64,000 nt of DNA, taken from Nevskiaceae bacterium. GTDB lineage: Bacteria; Pseudomonadota; Gammaproteobacteria; Steroidobacterales; Steroidobacteraceae. Below are positions 45,107-54,779 of this stretch, in pieces. The first letter of the stretch is position 1; each line of letters starts with the position of its first letter. A model generated the notes under the pieces. It was given only the letters and a program-made list of their open reading frames with translations. It was not told the DNA's origin and made no database searches. The position numbers and the translations under genes are program-made. The stretch covers positions 3,752 through 67,751 of the forward strand of contig JBBIKV010000007.1 of the NCBI GenBank assembly GCA_037445285.1, in the 5' to 3' direction.

Positions 45107-47280
45107 GCGGCGTCCGGCGGCCGGGTGTTCGGCTGGCGCTCGTGGCTCAGCACCACGAACGAACGCGGTGCCATGTCGACGATCCGGTTGCGCTTGACGA
45201 TCTCCACCTCGAGCGGCAGGTCGGGGCGGGCGGTGTCGAAGGCGATCTTCCAGCCCGAATGGTACAGCTGGTAGGAGATGCGGAACGCGACCGCCTCGTG
45301 ATGGGCGTTCAACAGCAAAAGAAAGTCCTTGTCACGGACGCCGCGGCCGTCGCGGCTGCGGATTTCCGGCGCCATGCCGTTCAGGAACATGCCGAGCGTC
45401 CGCATCCACCCGCCGTCCTCCCAATCGCTCGCCTCCATGCGCTTGCCGTCCGCCCGATACCAGACGATGTTCTTGTCGGGATGCACGGCATCGGGATCGT
45501 CGTGGTAGAAGGTGTAGCGATGCAGATTCGGGTGCTGTTGGCGGTACCGGATGACGCGCTGCGCGAAGCCGAGAAACTCCCGCGCCCTCGCATCCAGGTC
45601 CCAGGGATACCAGGACAGTTCGGAATCCTGGGCATAGCCGTTGTTGTTGCCGTTCTGGGAGCGGCTGAGCTCGTCGCCGCCGGAAATCATGGGCGTTCCT
45701 TGCGCCAGCATCAGCGCGCACCATAGATTGCGCTTCTGGCGCTCCCGCAGTTCGATGATCTTCGGATCGTCGGTGGGGCCCTCGACGCCGCAGTTCCAGG
45801 TGTTGTTGTCGTCCGCCCCGTCGCGGTTCGATTCACCGTTGGCCTCGTTGTGCTTCTGTTCGTAGCTGACGAGATCCTGCAGCGTGAAGCCATCGTGAGC
45901 GGTGACGAAATTGATGCTGGCCGAGGGCGGCCTGCGGGCGGCCTCGTACAGATCCGCACTGCCCGCCAGCCGCGTCGCGATCTCCGAGTGCAGACCCATG
46001 TCGCCCTTCCAGTACTTGCGCACGGCATCCCGGTACCGCCCGTTCCATTCCATCCATCCGGGCGGGAAATTGCCCACCTGGTACCCGCCGTCGCCCAGGT
46101 CCCAGGGCTCGGCGATCAGCTTCACCGCCGCCAGCGTCGGGTCCTGGTAGATCGTGTCGAAGAACGCGCCCTGCCGGTCGAAGTCCTTCTGTTCCCGGGC
46201 CAGCGCGGAGGCAAGGTCGAAGCGGAAGCCGTCGACGTGCATCTCCGTGACCCAATACCGCAGGCTGTCCATCAACAGCTGCAGCGACTGCGGATGCATC
46301 ATGTTCAACGTGTTGCCGCAGCCGGTGAAGTCCATGTAGTGGCGTGGATCGCCGGGAACCACGCGGTAGTAGGCCAAATTGTCGATCCCGCGCAAGCTCA
46401 AGGTCGGTCCGTCCTGGTTGCCCTCGGCGGTGTGGTTGTAGACCACGTCCAGGATGACCTCGATGTCCGCGGCATGCAGGTCCTTGACCATCTGCTTGAA
46501 TTCGCGGACGACGTCGCCGGGCGCAACGTGCCGGCCCGCATACCGCGGTTCCGGGGCGAAGAATCCCAGCGTGTTGTATCCCCAGTAATTGCGCAGCCCC
46601 AACTCGGCGAGATGCCGGTCATCCAGGAAATATTGCACCGGCAGCAGCTCGATGGCGGTGACGCCGAGCTCCCGCAGATGGCGTATCACCGGAGCCGACG
46701 CGATCCCCGCGTAGGTCCCGCGCAGCTCTTCTGGGACGTCGGGATGGCGCATCGTCAGTCCGCGGACGTGCGCCTCGTAGATCAGGGTCTCCTGCGCGGG
46801 GTGGACGGGGCGCACCTCACCCGACCAATCGAAGGCGGAATCGATCACCGCACCGAGCGGTGCGAACGGCGCGCTGTCGCGCTCGTCGAAGGCCAGATCG
46901 CCGTCGGGTTGGCCCACACGATACCCGAACAGTTCGTCGGCCCATTCGAGGCCCCGGCCGATCGCCCGGGCGTAGGGGTCGAGCAGCAGCTTGTTCGGGT
47001 TGAAGCGCAGCCCCCGCTGCGGCTCGTAGGGCCCGTGCACCCGGTATCCGTACAGCCGGCCGGGCATAACGTCCGGCAAATAGACGTGCCAGATGCCGTT
47101 GGTGCGCTCCCGGATGCGCACGCGCTCCTCGTTCAGGCCCTGCCCGTCGAACAGGCACAGCTCGACGCACTCCGCGCTCTCCGCGAACAGGGAAAAATTC
47201 ACGCCCCGGCCGTCCCAGGTGGCGCCGCGCGGGAAGGGGGAACCGGCGGCCGGCGGCGGATCTAGAGCGTCCATTTCCAT
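45103..47280 (-). CDS. glgX: Glycogen debranching enzyme GlgX
   Basis: 725 aa. N-terminus [22 protein letters not shown]13 catalytic blocks ([13 protein letters not shown]; GFRFDLAS; EPWD). 4-nt convergent overlap with aceK. Confidence 0.9.
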   Translation of the reverse strand: MEMDALDPPPAAGSPFPRGATWDGRGVNFSLFAESAECVELCLFDGQGLNEERVRIRERTNGIWHVYLPDVMPGRLYGYRVHGPYEPQRGLRFNPNKLLLDPYARAIGRGLEWADELFGYRVGQPDGDLAFDERDSAPFAPLGAVIDSAFDWSGEVRPVHPAQETLIYEAHVRGLTMRHPDVPEELRGTYAGIASAPVIRHLRELGVTAIELLPVQYFLDDRHLAELGLRNYWGYNTLGFFAPEPRYAGRHVAPGDVVREFKQMVKDLHAADIEVILDVVYNHTAEGNQDGPTLSLRGIDNLAYYRVVPGDPRHYMDFTGCGNTLNMMHPQSLQLLMDSLRYWVTEMHVDGFRFDLASALAREQKDFDRQGAFFDTIYQDPTLAAVKLIAEPWDLGDGGYQVGNFPPGWMEWNGRYRDAVRKYWKGDMGLHSEIATRLAGSADLYEAARRPPSASINFVTAHDGFTLQDLVSYEQKHNEANGESNRDGADDNNTWNCGVEGPTDDPKIIELRERQKRNLWCALMLAQGTPMISGGDELSRSQNGNNNGYAQDSELSWYPWDLDARAREFLGFAQRVIRYRQQHPNLHRYTFYHDDPDAVHPDKNIVWYRADGKRMEASDWEDGGWMRTLGMFLNGMAPEIRSRDGRGVRDKDFLLLLNAHHEAVAFRISYQLYHSGWKIAFDTARPDLPLEVEIVKRNRIVDMAPRSFVVLSHERQPNTRPPDAA

Positions 47281-49630
47281 TCCCTGATTTCCGGCATGTC
47301 CTCGCCGAACTTGTCGATGTAGCGCCTGTGCTCGATGAGCTTGTCCTTGAGCTGCTGTTTGAGGTAGACGCCCCGGCTGCCGGTCTGCGGCAGGCGGTCG
47401 ACGGCGTCCATCACGAGGTGGAAGCGGTCGAGATCGTTCATCACGGTCATGTCGAAGGCGGTGGTGATCGTGCCCTCCTCCTTGTAGCCCCGAACGTGGA
47501 AATTACCATGGTTGCGGCGGCGGTAGGTCAGCCTGTGGATCAGCCAAGGGTACGCGTGAAAGGCAAAAATCACGGGCTTGTCGAGCGTGAACAGCGAGTC
47601 GAAGTCCTCGTCGTTCAACCCGTGCGGGTGCTCGGAGTCGGGCTGCAGCTTCATCAAGTCGACCACGTTGACCACACGCACCCGGAGCTCGGGCAGGTGC
47701 TGCCGCAGAATGGAGACGGCAGCCAGCGTTTCGAGGGTCGGCACATCGCCGGCACAGGCCATGACCACGTCGGGATCGCCCCGTTGATCGTTGCTCGCCC
47801 ATTGCCAGATGCCGATGCCCTCGGCACAGTGGGCCACCGCGGCGTCCATCGACAGCCACTGCGGCGCCGGATGCTTGCCCGCGATCACCACGTTGACGTA
47901 GTGGCGGCTGCGCAGGCAATGATCCACGACGGACAACAGGCAGTTGCCGTCGGGGGGCAGGTACACGCGAACCACCTCGGCCTTCTTGTTGACCACGTGG
48001 TCGATGAACCCCGGATCTTGGTGCGTGAATCCATTGTGATCCTGGCGCCACACATGCGAACTCAGCAGATAGTTGAGCGATGCGATCTTGACGCGCCACG
48101 GCAGCCCGGCCGTGACCTTCAGCCATTTGGCGTGCTGATTGAACATCGAATCGACGATGTGGATGAACGCCTCGTAACAGTTGAACAAACCGTGGCGGCC
48201 GGTCAGCAGATATCCCTCCAACCAGCCTTCGCATTGATGCTCGCTCAGCATCTCGAGCACCTGGCCCGCGCGTGCCAGATATTGGTCGTTTACGGCCGTG
48301 GCGCCCTCCCACTGCCGGTCGGTCGCCTCGAACACCGCCTCCAGACCGTTCGAGATGGTCTCGTCCGGCCCGAAGATCCGGAAATTCCGCGGTGCCGCAT
48401 TCAATCTGACGACGTCGCGCAGAAACGGCGCGAGGACCCGCGTATCACCGATTCCCTGGCTGCCCGGCACGGGCACGCGGACGGCATACTCGGTGAAGTC
48501 CGGAAGCCGCAGATCGCGCAGCAGCCTGCCGCCGTTGGCATTGGGATTGGCGCCCATGCGCCTGTCGCCCGACGGCGCGAGCGCCGCCAACTCCGGGCGC
48601 AGCCGGCCCGCGGAATCGAACAACTCCTGCGGGCGGTAGCTCTGCAGCCACGCCTCCAATTGGGCCAGGTGGGCGGGATTCTTCGCCGGATCCGGGATGG
48701 GGACCTGGTGCGCCCGAAACGTGCCCTCGTTCGGCACGCCGTCGACGCTCTTCGGTCCGGTCCAGCCCTTCGGAGAGCCGAACACGACCATCGGCCAGCG
48801 CGGACGCTCAGCATTGCCGCCCGTGCGCGCCTCCTTCTGGATGCGGCGACGACCGCATCCAGCGTCGATGCCATGAGCTCATGCATCGTGTCGGGGTCGT
48901 CGCCGACGACGTAATGCGGCGTCCAGCCGTAGCCGCGCAGCAGTTGGTCCAATTCTTCCCGCGAAATCCGCGCCAGCACGGTCGGATTCGCGATCTTGTA
49001 CCCATTCAGATGCAGGATCGGCAGCACCGCCCCGTCGGTCGCGGGGTTCAGGAATTTGTTCGAATGCCATGACGTGGCGAGCGGCCCGGTTTCCGCCTCG
49101 CCGTCGCCGATCACGCACGCCACGCAGAGCGCCGGATTGTCGAACACCGCGCCGAACGCATGACTCAGCGAATAACCGAGCTCGCCGCCCTCGTGGATCG
49201 ATCCGGGGCACTCCGCGGAGGCGTGGCTGGGAATTCCCCCCGGAAACGAGAACTGGGTGAACAGGCGCCGCAGTCCCGCTTCGTCCCGGCTCACGTTGGG
49301 ATACACCTCGCTATAGGTGCCCTCGAGGTACGTGCCGGCGACGACGGCCGGGCCGCCGTGTCCGGGGCCGGACATGTAAATCATGTCCAGGTCGAATTTG
49401 CGGATGACCCGGTTGAGATGGGTGTACAGGAAGTTCTGGCCCGGTGTCGTACCCCAATGACCCAACAGCATGCGCTTGACGTGGCCGGGAGCCAGCGGCT
49501 CCTTGAGGAGCGGGTTGTCGCACAGATAGATCTGGCCCACGGACAGATAGTTGGCCGCCCGCCAGTAGGCGTCGGTGTTGCGCAGGGATAGAAGGTCCAA
49601 TGTCCTGCCGGATGGATTCGTTTGCATCAT
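47262..49630 (-). pseudogene. xfp: Phosphoketolase (Xfp) interrupted by a single frameshift near 48842-48844
   Basis: Two overlapping ORFs (48401..49630 and 47262..48791) together give a ~789-aa phosphoketolase ([11 protein letters not shown]; [14 protein letters not shown]; PKGWTGPK...FRAHQVP). Homology runs ...STLDAVVA in one frame and continues [27 protein letters not shown] in the next. This is consistent with a missing base at GTC GCC GC^ATC CAG. Confidence 0.8.
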
Positions 49631-49633
49631 TGC

Positions 49634-50848
49634 TCAGTCGTTCCTCGCCGTGTGCCAGTTCAACATGCGCAGCGTCTCGGCCGCGATCACGGACTCCTCG
49701 TCGGTGCGGATCACGCGCACGACGACTCCGGCCCCCGCCGCCGAGACGACCGCCGCGCTGCGCGCATTGCGGTCGCCGTCCAATCCGACTCCTAGAAATT
49801 CCAGCCCCTCGCAGATCCTTGCCCGCACCGCCACGGCGTTCTCGCCGATGCCGCCGCTGAACACGAGCGTGTCGATGCCACCCAGCGCCGCGGCAAAGGC
49901 ACCGATCCACTTCCTCGCCTGATAGCAGAACAATTCCACCGCTTCCGCCGCGCGCACATCATCGGCGGCCCGCGCCATCAGATCGCGCAGGTCGGAACTG
50001 GTCTCCGACACCCCGAGCAGACCGGATTCCTGCGTGACCATGCGCTGGTAGGACGCGGCGTCCATCGATTCGCTGGACGCCAGAAAGCTCAGGATCCCGG
50101 GATCCAGATCGCCGGATCGCGTGCTCATCACCAGCCCCGCGGCCGGCGTGAAACCCATGCTGGTGTCGATGCATCGGCCGTCAAGCACCGCCGCGAGACT
50201 GGCGCCGTTGCCGAGATGCGCGAGGATCACTCGGCCGCGCGCGGCCCCGACGCCGCAGCGGGCGAGTTCCGCCATCAGAAAGGTGTAAGACAGACCGTGG
50301 AACCCGTAGCGCCGCACGCCCTGGGATTCGTAACGGCGCGGAATGGGCAGAATGGTCGCCACGCGGGGCATGCCCCGATGAAACGCGGTGTCGAAACAGG
50401 CCACCTGCGGGAGCGTCGGCCGCACGCGGCCGACGGCTTCGATCAATTCGATCTCCCGCGGAAGGTGTTCCGGATCAAAGGCGGTGATCCGGCGCAATTC
50501 CGCCACGAGATCCGGGGTGATCCGCTCGGGCGCCGAGTGGTCCATGCCGTGCACGATGCGGTGACCGACGGCCTCGACGGCGTCGAACAGCGGCTGCCGC
50601 CCCAGCCAGTCCATCAGGAATGCGGCCGCCGAGCGGTGATCTGCCGCCTCCAAGGCGACCGTCCCGCGCGGCCCGCCGCCACGCCGCACCTCGGCAAATG
50701 TCATGACGGTCCCGCTCACGCCGATGCGGTCGACCTTGCCCTCGAGCAGCTTCCCCGACCCATCGCCCGCATCCGAGGCAACGCGCGCGGCGTAAATCGC
50801 GAAACGAATGCTCGACGAGCCGCCGTTCAAGGTGAGTACATTGGGCAT
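49634..50848 (-). CDS. ackA: Acetate kinase
   Basis: 404 aa. VLTLNGGSSSIRFAIY N-terminal motif and ASKHA-fold sequence. Its stop is 3 nt before the xfp start. Confidence 0.9.
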   Translation of the reverse strand: MPNVLTLNGGSSSIRFAIYAARVASDAGDGSGKLLEGKVDRIGVSGTVMTFAEVRRGGGPRGTVALEAADHRSAAAFLMDWLGRQPLFDAVEAVGHRIVHGMDHSAPERITPDLVAELRRITAFDPEHLPREIELIEAVGRVRPTLPQVACFDTAFHRGMPRVATILPIPRRYESQGVRRYGFHGLSYTFLMAELARCGVGAARGRVILAHLGNGASLAAVLDGRCIDTSMGFTPAAGLVMSTRSGDLDPGILSFLASSESMDAASYQRMVTQESGLLGVSETSSDLRDLMARAADDVRAAEAVELFCYQARKWIGAFAAALGGIDTLVFSGGIGENAVAVRARICEGLEFLGVGLDGDRNARSAAVVSAAGAGVVVRVIRTDEESVIAAETLRMLNWHTARND

Positions 50849-51024
50849 GCGGCGAGTCTGCCACAGTGTTCGTTACAACGAGCGGATCAGGTCCGTGTCA
50901 AAATCCCGAGGTGCCTGTAGGACAAACACTTACGTACGAGCCCGATTGCGCGGGCACCCCGGGCCGCACACACTGATCCGTCAATCACGAGCGGGCGCGT
51001 CTGCGTCGTCGCCAAGGAAACCGC

Positions 51025-51429
51025 ATGTTGCACTATCATTCCGTGGTTTGGATCGATCATCTGAAGGCCACCACCTGGCGGTTCACGTCGACCGAAGCCG
51101 AGAGCACCGTCGTCCACGCCCACGATCGTCACGAGAAGATCCACAATCGCAAGAGCACGCATGGCGGCCACAAGCATGCGGGAGATCCGAAGTTCTTCGA
51201 GGAGGTCGCCCAGGCCCTCGAAGGCACCCACGAAATCCTCATCATGGGACCCGCCCACACCAAACAGGAATTCGCGGACTTCCTTCGCGAGAAGCGTGCG
51301 TCCCTCGCGAAGGGGGTCGTGGCCGTGGAAAACGCCGATCATCCGACCGACGCGCAGGTGCTTGGATATGCGAGACGTCATTTCCAGGCCCTCGATCGGA
51401 TGTTCGCCCCGGAAGCGCCCACCGCTTGA
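51025..51429 (+). CDS. Conserved hypothetical protein, His-rich N-terminal half
   Basis: 134 aa with AAGGAAA 4 nt upstream of the ATG. MLHYHSVVWIDHLKATTWRF...HDRHEKIHNRKSTHGGHKHAGD...ILIMGPAHTKQEF. It resembles proteins I recall being labelled 'translational machinery protein' in beta-proteobacteria, without experimental basis. Confidence 0.55.
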   Translation: MLHYHSVVWIDHLKATTWRFTSTEAESTVVHAHDRHEKIHNRKSTHGGHKHAGDPKFFEEVAQALEGTHEILIMGPAHTKQEFADFLREKRASLAKGVVAVENADHPTDAQVLGYARRHFQALDRMFAPEAPTA

Positions 51430-51447
51430 GGCCCCGGCGCCGCGGAC

Positions 51448-52386
51448 TCAATGGCCCCGGTGCAGGGCGACGAACCAGGCCGCGCCCAGGATGAACACGG
51501 CGAGGGACCCGGCGGCCCACTGCGGGCGCAGGCGGCGGCCGCGCGGCACACCGCCGCGGGCGAACAGCCACCCCAGCAGGACTCCGGCGAGAAATCCCAG
51601 CAAGTGGCCCAATACATCGACGTGTTCGTTGCCGGCGCCGAGCAGGGCCAGCAGACAGAATCCCGCGAACAACGGTCCCCAGCGGTAGAGCCGGCGGTCG
51701 GATCGTTGGCTCAGTTGTCCCCAACCGAATCCCGCGAGCATGCCGAGCGCCGCGAACACCGCGGTCGACGCGCCCACCGCGCGATGCCCGGCCGGCGACA
51801 CCAGCATGTCCACATAGTTGGCCGCGGCGCCGGCAATCACGATGCCGAGCCACGCGACGCCGGGGCCGAACATCCGGCCGGCGAGGATCCCGACGCCGGC
51901 GCCGAACAACAGGTTGCCGAGCAGGTGCTCCTGATCCAGGTGCAGCGTGAGCGCCGTGACGGCGCGCCACCCTTCGGCGGCGGCACCCGCGTGCGACCAC
52001 AGCGCACCGGCCGCGAACCAGTCCGTGTCGAACGCCGCGATACCCGCGCAGTACGCCACGCCGATCAGCACCGCGGCATACAGTGCCGCGCCGATCCGGC
52101 TCCCGCCGAAGGGGACGATGGCGGGAGGAGGGTCGCGCCTGGCGCCGCGCTCGGAGCGGTAGCGGTTCAGTTCGTCCGTGGCGAGGTCGGCCACGGCGGG
52201 TTGCACCCGGAGCCGCCATTCGGCGCCGGAATCGATGCGTTCGTGGGGCACGGCCCTGGCGTCCAGCACCAGGCTGAACTCGAAACACTCGGCCCGCGAG
52301 CCCCGAAAAACCGTCACCGCCGCGTCGGCGTCGCCAAGACCCGGTGCAAAGTATTCATGTTCCACGACTGGCCCCCATGGGGCCAT
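51448..52386 (-). CDS. Rhomboid-family intramembrane serine protease with cytoplasmic N-terminal extension
   Basis: 312 aa with six hydrophobic helices. HLLGNLLF and catalytic GASTAVFAALG (GxSxxxF) motifs, plus a later HLLGFLAG His. Confidence 0.8.
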   Translation of the reverse strand: MAPWGPVVEHEYFAPGLGDADAAVTVFRGSRAECFEFSLVLDARAVPHERIDSGAEWRLRVQPAVADLATDELNRYRSERGARRDPPPAIVPFGGSRIGAALYAAVLIGVAYCAGIAAFDTDWFAAGALWSHAGAAAEGWRAVTALTLHLDQEHLLGNLLFGAGVGILAGRMFGPGVAWLGIVIAGAAANYVDMLVSPAGHRAVGASTAVFAALGMLAGFGWGQLSQRSDRRLYRWGPLFAGFCLLALLGAGNEHVDVLGHLLGFLAGVLLGWLFARGGVPRGRRLRPQWAAGSLAVFILGAAWFVALHRGH

Positions 52387-52444
52387 GTCGCCGACAAATC
52401 AACCCGACATCCCGGGGCTCCCCGACAGGTTGCGGGCCGCCGCC

Positions 52445-53056
52445 TCACGTCGCGCGGGGCTGCTCGGTGAGCATTTGGTAGATCCTGAGCACCTTCGGCA
52501 CGTAGGCCATGGTTTCCCGAAACGGCGGTATCCGGCCGCCGTTTCGATCCACGGCCTCCTCGCCCGCGTTGTAGGCCGCCAGCGCCAGCCTCACGTCGTG
52601 ACCGAAGCGATTCATCAGGAATTTGAGATACTGCGCGCCCGCATGCACGTTTTCCCGTGGATCGTAGAGGTTGAAAACGCCGAAGCGCGAAGCGGTCGCG
52701 GGCATGAGTTGCATCAAGCCGACGGCGCCGCGCTTCGATACCGCGCGCGAATTGAACCCGGACTCGACGACGATCACCGCACGCAGCAGATTCGGCGGCA
52801 CGGCGCTCGACACGGCGGCCGTTTCGATGATCGAATCGTACTGGGCGGCCCGCGCCAGGAGATGCGGATCGTAATGCTCGCCGCTTTCGGTCAAGTCCCG
52901 CGGCGACAGCACCAGCAGCCGGTAGCGGTTGTCGTCCGGCATGTCGGTGAAATGCCGGACCCCGTCGGCGTCCACGTAGCCGTAGATGCGGGCATGCGCT
53001 CCGGCGCAGGGCGGCAGCGCCAGCGCTGCAATCAAGATCGCGGATTCGAGTCGCAT
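52445..53056 (-). CDS. Lytic transglycosylase (SLT domain) with DUF4124-like N-terminal segment
   Basis: 203 aa from the ATG at 53056, with AAGGAAG upstream. Signal peptide. YGYVDADGVRHFTD, then catalytic VESGFN...GLMQLMP. Confidence 0.8.
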   Translation of the reverse strand: MRLESAILIAALALPPCAGAHARIYGYVDADGVRHFTDMPDDNRYRLLVLSPRDLTESGEHYDPHLLARAAQYDSIIETAAVSSAVPPNLLRAVIVVESGFNSRAVSKRGAVGLMQLMPATASRFGVFNLYDPRENVHAGAQYLKFLMNRFGHDVRLALAAYNAGEEAVDRNGGRIPPFRETMAYVPKVLRIYQMLTEQPRAT

Positions 53057-53231
53057 GGCTGGAGTCTTCCTTGCAGGCAAGCCTAGCGCGAAGCACCCGT
53101 CATCCGATGGGACCTGGATCACTCATTTCGGGACCCCGCAATTGTGTCTCGCGTCGCGGCGCCGGGGGCCCGCAGGCGTTAGGTTAAAGATCGGGCCGGC
53201 GCTGCCGACTCCTGTCCCCATCAATCACGGA

Positions 53232-54584
53232 ATGAACCGCGAGCTCGTGTCCGACAACGATTGGAAGCAAAAATATCGCGATTCGCTTCTGGAAATGGAA
53301 GCCGGAGAGCGGCGCTGGCGCCAGATCGAACAGGCGCTGCGCCGGCTGGTGGGACGCCTGTGCGCCGCCGGCATGGGGGTCGATCCGCAGCTCGATGACG
53401 AACTGGTCGCGCTCGCCGCGGCCAACCGCCGCAATGCCGACGCGTCGGAACTGGAACTGTTGGCCGCATCGCTGACCAGCGCCGTGGTCGCGGTCGATGC
53501 GGTATCGCCGGTCCCGATGGCGGGAGCGGCCGCCGGGATGCGCTGGCAATCGACGAGTACGGCGGCGGCCAAGGTGCTGCAACATCTCCGTTCGGTGGGC
53601 ATTCAGGACGCGGTCTGCGAGGAGCTCATCGCCCTCCTGTCCCGCGTCGGGAGCGACGCCGAACTCGCCCGCATCCTCGAGCGGATGGCGGAGTTGATTT
53701 CGGCGCACGGCGAAGCGCTGGCCCGCGAGCGCCTGCAGGCGGCGGCGGTCCTGGCGGACGTCACCAAACGTCTCGAGGAAATGGCAGGCTTCCTGACCGA
53801 ATCGGGCGACGAGGCCCGATCCCGGTTTGCCGACACGGCCTCGGTGAACGACACCGTCATGTCCCAGGTGCGGGAACTCACCGCCGAGGTGCACAGCGCC
53901 ACCGAACTGCGCGTGCTGCAATCCACTGTGTGCGCGCGCCTCGAAACGGTGTCGAGACAGGTGCTGGATTTCCGCTCGCGGGAAGAGAGCCGGCTCATGG
54001 AACACACCGGGCGCGCCGAGCGCATGCGGGCCCGCATCGCGGATCTGGAACGGGAAACCCAGGATCTGCACTCGAAGCTGGACAAGGAAAAGCACGGCGC
54101 GCGGCTCGATCCGCTCACCCGCCTGGCGAATCGAAAATCGTTCGACGAGCGCTTCGCCCAGGAGGTGCTGCGACGCTCCCAGGACGACCAATGCGTCACG
54201 CTGCTGCTGTGGGATCTGGACAACTTCAAGTTCATCAACGACACCTACGGTCATCGTGCCGGGGACCGGGTTCTGCAAAGCGTCGCCAACTGCTTCATGT
54301 CCGGTCTGCGGGCGGAGGACTTCGTGGCGCGCATCGGCGGGGAGGAGTTCGTCGTGCTCCTGACCGGCCTGCCGTTCGAGCGCGCGGCGCGCATCGCCGA
54401 CGAGTTGCGTGTCGGCGTGTCCGCGCTGCGATTCCACTTCCGGGGCACGCCCGTGAAGGTCACGGTGTCCTGTGGGCTCACCGAACTGCGGCCGGGGGAC
54501 GCCGGCGGCGCGGCCTTCGACCGGGCGGACGCCGCCCTCTACCGGGCAAAAAACGCCGGCAAAAACCTCTGTATTGCCGCCTAG
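53232..54584 (+). CDS. Diguanylate cyclase with long coiled-coil N-terminal region
   Basis: 450 aa from the ATG at 53232. About 270 aa of helical, Ala/Leu/Glu/Arg-rich sequence, then a GGDEF domain with RIGGEEF and an RxxD I-site (RAED) 5 residues upstream. Confidence 0.85.
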   Translation: MNRELVSDNDWKQKYRDSLLEMEAGERRWRQIEQALRRLVGRLCAAGMGVDPQLDDELVALAAANRRNADASELELLAASLTSAVVAVDAVSPVPMAGAAAGMRWQSTSTAAAKVLQHLRSVGIQDAVCEELIALLSRVGSDAELARILERMAELISAHGEALARERLQAAAVLADVTKRLEEMAGFLTESGDEARSRFADTASVNDTVMSQVRELTAEVHSATELRVLQSTVCARLETVSRQVLDFRSREESRLMEHTGRAERMRARIADLERETQDLHSKLDKEKHGARLDPLTRLANRKSFDERFAQEVLRRSQDDQCVTLLLWDLDNFKFINDTYGHRAGDRVLQSVANCFMSGLRAEDFVARIGGEEFVVLLTGLPFERAARIADELRVGVSALRFHFRGTPVKVTVSCGLTELRPGDAGGAAFDRADAALYRAKNAGKNLCIAA

Positions 54585-54779
54585 CCGTCTCGCCGCCGCC
54601 CCTGCGTCGGGCACCTCGGGTAACAAATATTTAACCTGCCTGGGCCGACTTCAACACGGATTTTTCCGGGCTCACCCCATAAAATCTTTCGGTGATTGGA
54701 TCGCTCGGCACCGTCGGCAAATAGATGGGGGCGTCAATATTTTTGTGCGTTGCAGCAACGAGGCGTTACCGAAAATCCC

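Noticed and set aside
48401-48860. Programmed ribosomal frameshift, or two genuinely separate phosphoketolase half-genes
   Set aside because: There is no slippery heptamer or homopolymer at the junction and no RBS/start positioned for an independent C-terminal protein at the homology boundary. After the junction the N-terminal ORF runs on for ~145 junk codons. A simple indel, either a mutation or a sequencing error, is the economical explanation.
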